NCBI GenBank assembly: GCA_951406725.2
Contig: OX597818.1
Coordinates: 112,158,001-112,222,000 of the forward strand
Reading direction: 5' to 3'
Length of the DNA stretch: 64,000 nt
Source of the DNA: Octopus vulgaris
Lineage: Eukaryota
The notes beneath the pieces were generated by a model. That model ran no database searches. It had not been told where the DNA came from and saw only the letters and a list, made by a program, of their open reading frames with translations. The number at the start of each line of letters is the position of its first letter. Position 1 is the stretch's first letter. This document shows, piece by piece, positions 55,705 through 64,000 of this stretch. A program made the position numbers and the translations under genes.

Positions 55705-57030
55705 GTGTGTGCACGCATAAACATACACAAAAATTTGACTATGTCACAATCTATGTAAGCGTGAGTATACGACCGTTCACATCAAAGGCTTATTTAATTA
55801 TTTGATGTACACATTTTCAATAAAATATGTATAAAATCATATTAAGCACTGGTGTGGGTACGATCGACTAATATGCCAATATGGCCCGCCATAGCCAAGA
55901 GTAGTTTATTGACTGAAACCAAGAAATTAATGAAAGACTGCAATAAATACAAAAACTTCGTAAGTATAATTATAGAGAATGTCTTGCAGAGTTTGCTGAA
56001 ATTATTATATCATATGAAACATAGTCTAATGGACAAACTGGTAGTTTACTAATTTCCAATAAGTTTTTCAGTCATTATATTGTCCCTTCGAATAATGTAT
56101 ATTATGGATATTATAATATATTGCAAATAAATAAATTACGTATCAGAATAAAGCCTTGACAGTAGCAAGATATTGAAATGGGTGTTGTGATTACTCCGAG
56201 GCGAGTCGGCTGATGTAACGCGAATTCATTACATAAATCACAATACGAATTCTTAAAGCCAGGAATGTGTGATTTTAAGGAAATTTGGATGTTATTTCTT
56301 ACACATCAATATAATTATATAATGTTGGTGAATAAATTTCATTGGGTAATCGTTTAGAAAAACTAATTGAGAGTAAAATACGCTAAATTTAATGAAATAT
56401 TGATCAAACAATATAAAGCGATGGTTTATTATAGAAGCTGATAAGCCGTTAAGAAGCTAATGATACTTTGGAATTACAGCTTTAAAATATATAATTTGTA
56501 AAGGAATTGAAGAGAAAACAGTTGGGTGTTCATTACTAAGATTCCCCTCAAAATTTCACATTTCGTAATGTATCCTTCTCTGATACAGGAAAGATATATT
56601 ATAATAATATAGTTATTAGATGTTCCGTAAACAGAAACTTTATAGTCAAAGCTGTAAATAACTTTGGCATAGCTCTACACGTTCATAGTAATATGGAAAA
56701 TATACTGAGAAATCCTCAAAAGTATATATCATGAAAGATTACTAAATGTGTATTATGTATGGAATGATCTAAGGAATAATTTAATATGCTTATACAGTAG
56801 AAAGTAGAAGGAGCAGGTTGACATAGAGGTTACATAACCTGTGACCATAGATGTAGCTCATATTTACTCAATGTGTGCATAGGTTTTATGTCAGTGGCGG
56901 GGTTTATAGATATGCATACATATATCCACGATTATAATTGCAAAATCTGTTTTTTATATAATGCGCAATGATATAAAGAAACAAACCGGAACCTCACCTG
57001 CAGTATACCTACATGTACGTGATCCAACGG

Positions 57031-57892
57031 TTTTTCACTCATAACTTCCAGAAAAATCGATATCTTTTAATGAAATTTTCTACAAATATGCTTCAGATGG
57101 CGTAGATTCCTATTACATCCACATTTATGGTCGAAAGTGTACTTCGAAGAAATGGTTGTGTGTTATTATGGATGTATGCTATTCCCGCTCCTACTTTATA
57201 TTTTCATCATAAATTCCGATATAATCATACCCTACACACTCTGAAAGGTATTTGTCAAAATATTCATATTAAAGTATCCATTTCCCGAAAGTTATGCGGA
57301 AACAAATCCTATCCGTGTGGATTTTCTGCACTTTCTCTCCCCACTCCCTCGAAAAACAGATTTGTTTTCACAACAAATTCACATATGATATAAACCTACC
57401 CTATCCGAAGCTTATTTGTAGAAATTGTCATTAAAAAATAGCGATTCTTCTGGAAGTTATGAGGAAGTAGTATCCACGGGGGAACATTTGTGTATATATA
57501 ACCAATACTTTAAAATATGTCTTCGATTATAATTTTAACAAAATTCATGTTTATTACGGGTTTTCGGTAATGCATGCGTAATGGCTCATGACCGGACTTC
57601 AGTTTTTGTGCATTATGTGGACTTCGATAATATAAGAATTTTTTGTGAACATATTTTTGTGAGGATCGTGAAAATAGTTTCAGAAAGTTCACACGAATTG
57701 GGTTTCTTCCGCATAACGTTGAGGAAAATGGATATTTTTTTCTGAAACTTTCTACAAATGCATTTTAGAGTGTGTAGATTACAAGTATGTAATATGGCAG
57801 ACTCACACTTATACATACTAATACGCGTCCCATATATCTACTAAATAAAATTCAAATTTCTAAAAATTGCGATGCGTGCATATAAAAACTAG
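57031..57892 (+). mobile_element. Probable Helitron/Helentron-like element with four ~70-bp units
   Basis: CATAAC...GAAA.TTTCTACAAAT...GTAG units at 57038-57108(+), 57231-57300(-), 57395-57463(-), 57708-57780(+); ends ...GCGATGCGTGCATATAAAAACTAG|T. Confidence 0.5.
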
Positions 57893-59634
57893 TCTACACC
57901 AAAGTAGGATCCTCTAACTTCTATGCACTGTTAGTGGCTCTCCAGCTGCTTCCTAGAGGCTCCTTAGAAGTCCTGCAAAGTAAAGATTGAAAATTTCTAC
58001 AATCTGGTGTCCAAACGTGCGACGAAGCAATGCAGGTTCAAGACAGGAAAATTATTATCCCGACTTAAGTCCTAACTACTTTAACAAACTTCCTGTTTCT
58101 CATTATTTTTCAGGCTGTTGAAACTGCTGGTTTTCACTCCGTATTTAGTACTTATTTTATATTGTATTTCATAAAAGCCATCTTACCTAAATTGAAGTCT
58201 GTCCTGTAGAAACTTTTTGTTGTTGTAGCATAGTATATCGAAAAGCTGATACTAAAGTGTATTAGAAGCAGGCGATCGTCTGCTATTGAGAGAAAACAGA
58301 TACGACAAAAGTAAATACGGGGCAATTAGTTTAGTACAAAAATTATTATTATTATACACAAACACTCATGTATACCATTATAGAATTTGGTGCACTCGTT
58401 TTCCAAAAGTGATTAACTATGTTTGTGATGCAGAGTGTTAATGTTTCTCTTGGAATCCAATGTTTTCTTCCCTTATAGTATTTACTAATAATAGTAGACA
58501 TTACAATCGCCAAATGGGTTGTTGGCAGTTTTCACTTTCTAAAGATATCTGGCTTTTGTAGATTTTGTTTTATTCCTAATGAATATACTTTTTTTCTTAA
58601 TTTTCTGCACTTGATTTCTGAAGCTACCTTTAATTCTGTTATATCGCTAATGTCATTTTCTTAATGGCACCATTTTATTTGTGTTATTCCAGAGATTTGA
58701 CCTTTCCGTATTGCCTTAATGTAGTGTCCCTTTAGTGTTCCGAAGAATTACCATTTGTTTTCGTTTTCCGTTTAATTTCGTATATAATTCGATATACTAT
58801 CTGCAGCATTTACTTTAGATTTCTTGTATGTGTTGGCCTTAGTGTTCGTGTTGAATGTCATTATTCTTGCTATTATTTACATATTTCCGGAAAACGACAA
58901 TTATGTTGGCTACCGTTTCTATTGAAACTATTCACAGCTTATACCACGAGTATTTATACTCCTTATGTTCGTTGACATTGTACCCACTTACTCCGTCTAT
59001 TAATGGAAAACTACTCTCATTGATTTATATAAAAATGTCAATGAGTGGTTGTTCGTTTCGCTAAACTACATTCGGCTCTCTATTTCTGTATAGTCGATAA
59101 GTTTAGCTGTACTTGAATCTGGAACCCAATCTAATTCCGAAAATCTAATCTGAAAACTGCACAAATGCTGTATTATTTGGGGCTTGAGAGCACTTGTATG
59201 TATGTTATGAAGGCAGGATTTAATGAAAATAAAAATGCTATCAGATTTATAGCTATTTTAGTATCGTGAATGTGTTATCAGATATCGAGAAGTATTAGTT
59301 GTGTAACATGAATGAAAATAAAAATAACATAAAAGTGAACGCTCGTGTTTGTATTAAACTTTTGCTTTAATACTTATGCGTTGTTTACCAGAAAAAAAGA
59401 GAGGGAAATAGAGATGGTGGCGAGGGAGAGAAAATAATGCAAGCGGCAAAACAATGGCACTGAATATACTATAAAATGCATATCATATACATAGAAAATT
59501 AACTAGCAAAAATAAGGGCATATAGGTCATGATTTGAAAGTCTTTTATTGGAAGGTGTAGAAACATAAACGCGATATTGAGTATCGAAACAGAAAGAAAT
59601 AGTAGAAGCGCAACGAAGAAGCTATTGATATTTA

Positions 59635-59670
<36 letters not shown>

Positions 59671-59674
<4 letters not shown>

Positions 59675-59981
59675 AGTGATGACCGTGACGACCAGGCTAT
59701 CAGATGTTGCTACACATCGCTGGTCACAATGCGTGGCGCATTGTTTTAGCCTTCAAATAACGCCACCCCGCTGGTTAAGTGAGCAGGCCAACAAGAGAAA
59801 GAGTGAGAGAAAGTAATGGCGAAAGAATACAGCCGGGAATCGCCACCCCCGCCTGCTGGAGCCTCGTGGAGGTTTCAGTGCTTTCGCTCAATAAACACTC
59901 ACCACGCCCGCACTGAGAATCGAACCGCGATTCTACAGCCGCGAGTCCGCTGCCCTAACCACTAGGCTATTGCGCCTCCAC
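59671..59981 (-). mobile_element. tRNA-derived SINE family C, full length
   Basis: Homologous to 20301-20610; tail abuts (TA)n. Confidence 0.9.
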
Positions 59982-60000
59982 CCCCCACACATATAAATAT

Positions 60001-60057
<57 letters not shown>

Positions 60058-60061
<4 letters not shown>

Positions 60062-60251
60062 ATCCAAACATGAAAACACAACAACGCGAGGACGTGGAAC
60101 AAGTATAGTGTTAATGGACGCTCAGGTAAGGAAAGAAAGAAGGAGGATTTAACGTTTTGAGCGGAGCTTTTCGTCAGAAACATAGGAAAAGGAAATATCC
60201 AAGGAAGAGAAGACGGAGGGAAGGAATCGCCAACGGTATACACACGGTCAG

Positions 60252-60252
<1 letters not shown>
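60058..60252 (-). mobile_element. Short hammerhead-bearing element, family E
   Basis: GTTT-CTGACGA-A-AAGCTCCGCTC-AAAACGTT-AAAT at 60147-60181; same termini as 13548-13750. Confidence 0.75.
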
Positions 60253-60294
<42 letters not shown>

Positions 60295-60763
60295 ATTATA
60301 ATCTATCAATTCGTATAAAAAAACCATAGACACTAACTATCATTTATTTTATTGATATGCTCCTAAAAGTTAGTCGTACATATGGAATATATGTTATTAT
60401 AAGATATTAAGTATCAACTTATATGCGAATTTATGCATGGCTTCAGCTAGGGTTTTTTTTTTCAATCATAATAATATGTAGGTAAATATATATTGCGCAT
60501 GTAATGTATATATTAGGACGTGCCTATCACTCCGACAATTTTTTCTGCACCTTTTGATAGCCGTCCCTGCTTTTTAAATGTTTATATGCCAATAGCAATA
60601 TGAAAGCAATTCTCACTTTGGTCAGTCATGTATGAAGAACATCGTGCAAGAGGCAGGGATTAATGACAGCTTAATTAGCCAATGATAAGTCTTGACCACG
60701 CTGTTGTCAAAGAGTTGCTGTTACCATGTACCATGTAATAGATAATAGTCTTACATAACCGTA

Positions 60764-60932
60764 TAGGCGCAGGAGTGGCTGTGTGGTAAGTAGCTTGCTT
60801 ACCGACCACATGTTTCCGGGTTCATTCCCACCGCGTTGTACCTTGGGCAAGTGTCTTCTACTAAAGCCTCGGGCAGACCAAAGCCTTGTGAATGGATTTG
60901 GTAGACGGAATCTGAAAGAAGCCCGTCGTATA
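60764..60932 (+). mobile_element. SINE family B 5' half
   Basis: AGGCGCAGGAGTGGCTGTGTGGTAAGTAGCTTGC...ACCTTGGGCAAGTGTCTT...GAAAGAAGCCCGTCG. Confidence 0.88.
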
Positions 60933-61047
60933 TATGTGCATATATATATATATATATATATGTAGGTCCCGGGTTGATTCGGGGTTAACCACAGTAAACA
61001 AGGTACTCAATACATAGCAGAGTAAAATTAATTTATTATATAGAAGG

Positions 61048-61098
61048 AGCTTCTACAGGACTAGAACTGTTTCATTCAAGAGAAATCTTCAGGAAGCT
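61048..61098 (-). ncRNA. Type I hammerhead ribozyme, catalytic core intact
   Basis: AGCTTC-CTGAAGA-T-TTC(TCTT)GAA-T-GAAA-CAG(TTCTAGTC)CTG-T-A-GAAGCT: 6-bp stem I, 3-bp stem II with U.U at its base, 4-bp stem III, GUA cleavage triplet; AATAAA just downstream. Confidence 0.72.
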
Positions 61099-61251
61099 AG
61101 TTAACAAGAATTGTATTGGCATTTATACATTTAGGCAGGTTTAAAGGGGTGTTGGTGGGGGACTTTTTGGGGGTAGGCATAGCGCAAAATATCATACTTG
61201 GGGGAGTGGTCAAGGAGTCAGTGTTAAATTAGATAGAAGAATAAATAAAAA

Positions 61252-61283
<32 letters not shown>

Positions 61284-61334
61284 AAAGGGGGGAATAGAGT
61301 TTTAGGTAAATAAGGAGATTCTCACTTATACCTA

Positions 61335-61688
61335 TGCACATATGTATACATATATACACACGCATACAAACATATATACATATACATACACACATACATA
61401 CACACACATATATATATACATATATATACACTTATACATATACATATCTACACATACACATATATGTATACATACACACACTCACATGCATACACGTATA
61501 CACACATGTATATATACACACACACGACCACACATACATATACACACAGAAAAATATATATACACATACACACACATACTCACATTCACGCATACACACA
61601 CAAATCCACACAAACACATGCACACACAGCACACTAGTCCCTATATACACATATATACACATACACACATATATACACACACATACAT

Positions 61689-61739
<51 letters not shown>

Positions 61740-62153
61740 CATATGTGTACCTATGCATACCTACACATACACACATATATATATACACATACAAATACAG
61801 ACCCATCCCCTAATTTTAATTTTATTATCTTCGTTTATTACTTTTGTTATCTTTGGCCGCTTGGTCACAAACATCTTGGCTATGACAGCCAGTCCATTTA
61901 TCTGTCTACTGGAAAACAAGCACTCATTCACTCACGCACACTCTTTAGCACGTACACTCACTCATTCGTACACTCATACACATACACGCACGCACGCGTT
62001 ATATTCATACATACATACATCTACATACATTCACGTATATACACATACGTACGCGTACCTACAGATTCATGTCTACACTCTTAGAAGGCTGGTCTATACA
62101 TATACACCAATAAATATAAATACACACACATACACGTACACCTACATACAAAT

Positions 62154-62203
<50 letters not shown>

Positions 62204-62859
62204 TCACATATATATACACATATATACATACACATACATACATACACACATATACACATATACACACATATACACATATATGCACACATACACATACATA
62301 CATATACACACATACACATACATACGTATACATACATACATACATCCATACATCCATACATACATACATTTATACACATACACACACCCACATACATACA
62401 TATATATACGCGCATATACATATCTATATATATATGTATATATATACATATACATATATACATATATACATATATATTCATACACACACATACATATACA
62501 TACATACATATACAAATATACGCACACACATACATACATACTCATATACTCATACACGCACATACACATGTACATGCATACCCATACACACACACACACA
62601 TGCGCGCGTCCATATATACACATAAGTACACCCATGCGTAAAAGTATACATATATCTATGCTTACACATACACACACACACACACGCGCCTCCTTATATT
62701 CATACTTACATGCATACTCAAAAAATAAGTAAATAGTAAAATATATATACGCGCAGTTATTCATACATGCATACTCAAAAAATAAATAATAAATAATAAA
62801 TATTAAGTATATGTACGTGCAGTTACCTATTATATAGACGGATACATACATATAAACTT

Positions 62860-62916
<57 letters not shown>

Positions 62917-62981
62917 CATATATACACATATATATACACATACACACATACATACATATATATATATACACACACACACAT

Positions 62982-63022
<41 letters not shown>

Positions 63023-63384
63023 GTGAAATAGAAAGATGAATAATCTTGTAGTAGATTAATCAAAAGTTTAACCGATACCTTAGTAGCAAAAATCACAGCA
63101 GTAAAACGATTTCTGTTCAATCTGCGTTCAGCTCCATTTCTTCAATTCACCAATAATGTTATATATATATATATATATATATACATACTTACACATGTAC
63201 ATATAAATACACACATAGATAACTCTACGTACCTACATATACATAAACACACGAGCGTACGCGTATATGTACATATACACATACACATACACACGCATAT
63301 ATATACATACATACATACATACATATACACACATGTATACACACACACACACATACACATATATATACATACACATATATATAC

Positions 63385-63415
<31 letters not shown>

Positions 63416-63604
63416 CATATACATGTACATATATATACAATTATATACACATACACATACACATACACACACATATATACATGTGTGCAAACATACATAC
63501 ATTCTCATACAAGCACACACACTTACATTTACATATATACACACACTTACACACATATATACATACACATGTACATACATACATACATACGTATATGCAT
63601 ACAT

Positions 63605-63656
<52 letters not shown>

Positions 63657-63736
63657 ACATACACAAACACATACCCATACATATATATACACACATATAT
63701 ATACACATGCACATACTTATATCTCTACATACTCGC

Positions 63737-63795
<59 letters not shown>

Positions 63796-63852
63796 TACAT
63801 ATACCTATATACATGCATATATACTCATACATATATCTCTACATACTCGCAT

Positions 63853-63903
<51 letters not shown>

Positions 63904-64000
63904 CACACACATACATATACCTATATACATGCATATATACACATACATATATATACACATCTACAATTTGTATCTACACTCACATACCTGCACATACACA
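61335..64000. repeat. ~2.6-kb degenerate (CA/TA) low-complexity field
   Basis: Directly visible; short unique islands (61800-61925, 63020-63160) and local tandem duplications (62700-62830, 63719-63945). Confidence 0.92.

Noticed and set aside
61342-62625. 427-aa H/T/Y/I-rich ORF and the many similar YIYI/CVCV ORFs
   Set aside because: Translations of CA/TA/TG microsatellites, which lack stop codons by composition.

Overview
AT-rich, microsatellite-saturated animal DNA that looks intronic or intergenic. The repeat content resembles a coleoid cephalopod (octopus); this is inferred from recall, not from a search. No intact host protein-coding gene can be supported, and nearly all listed ORFs are microsatellite or SINE translations. 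The window holds four tRNA-headed SINE families (several copies with clear target-site duplications), decayed LINEs (R4/Dong-like RT, CR1-like, RTE-like), mariner/Tc1 fragments, a MITE and Helitron-like elements. The most striking unexplained layer is a set of short non-coding elements, mostly bounded by microsatellites, from about six sequence families that carry minimal hammerhead-ribozyme folds of the Penelope-like-element (PLE)/retrozyme type. One copy (61048-61098, minus strand) retains the whole catalytic core. Also notable are a perfect palindrome with 104-bp arms, a SINE flanked by a >100-bp direct duplication, recurrent SINE multimer junctions, and an RFX X-box inside a hairpin.
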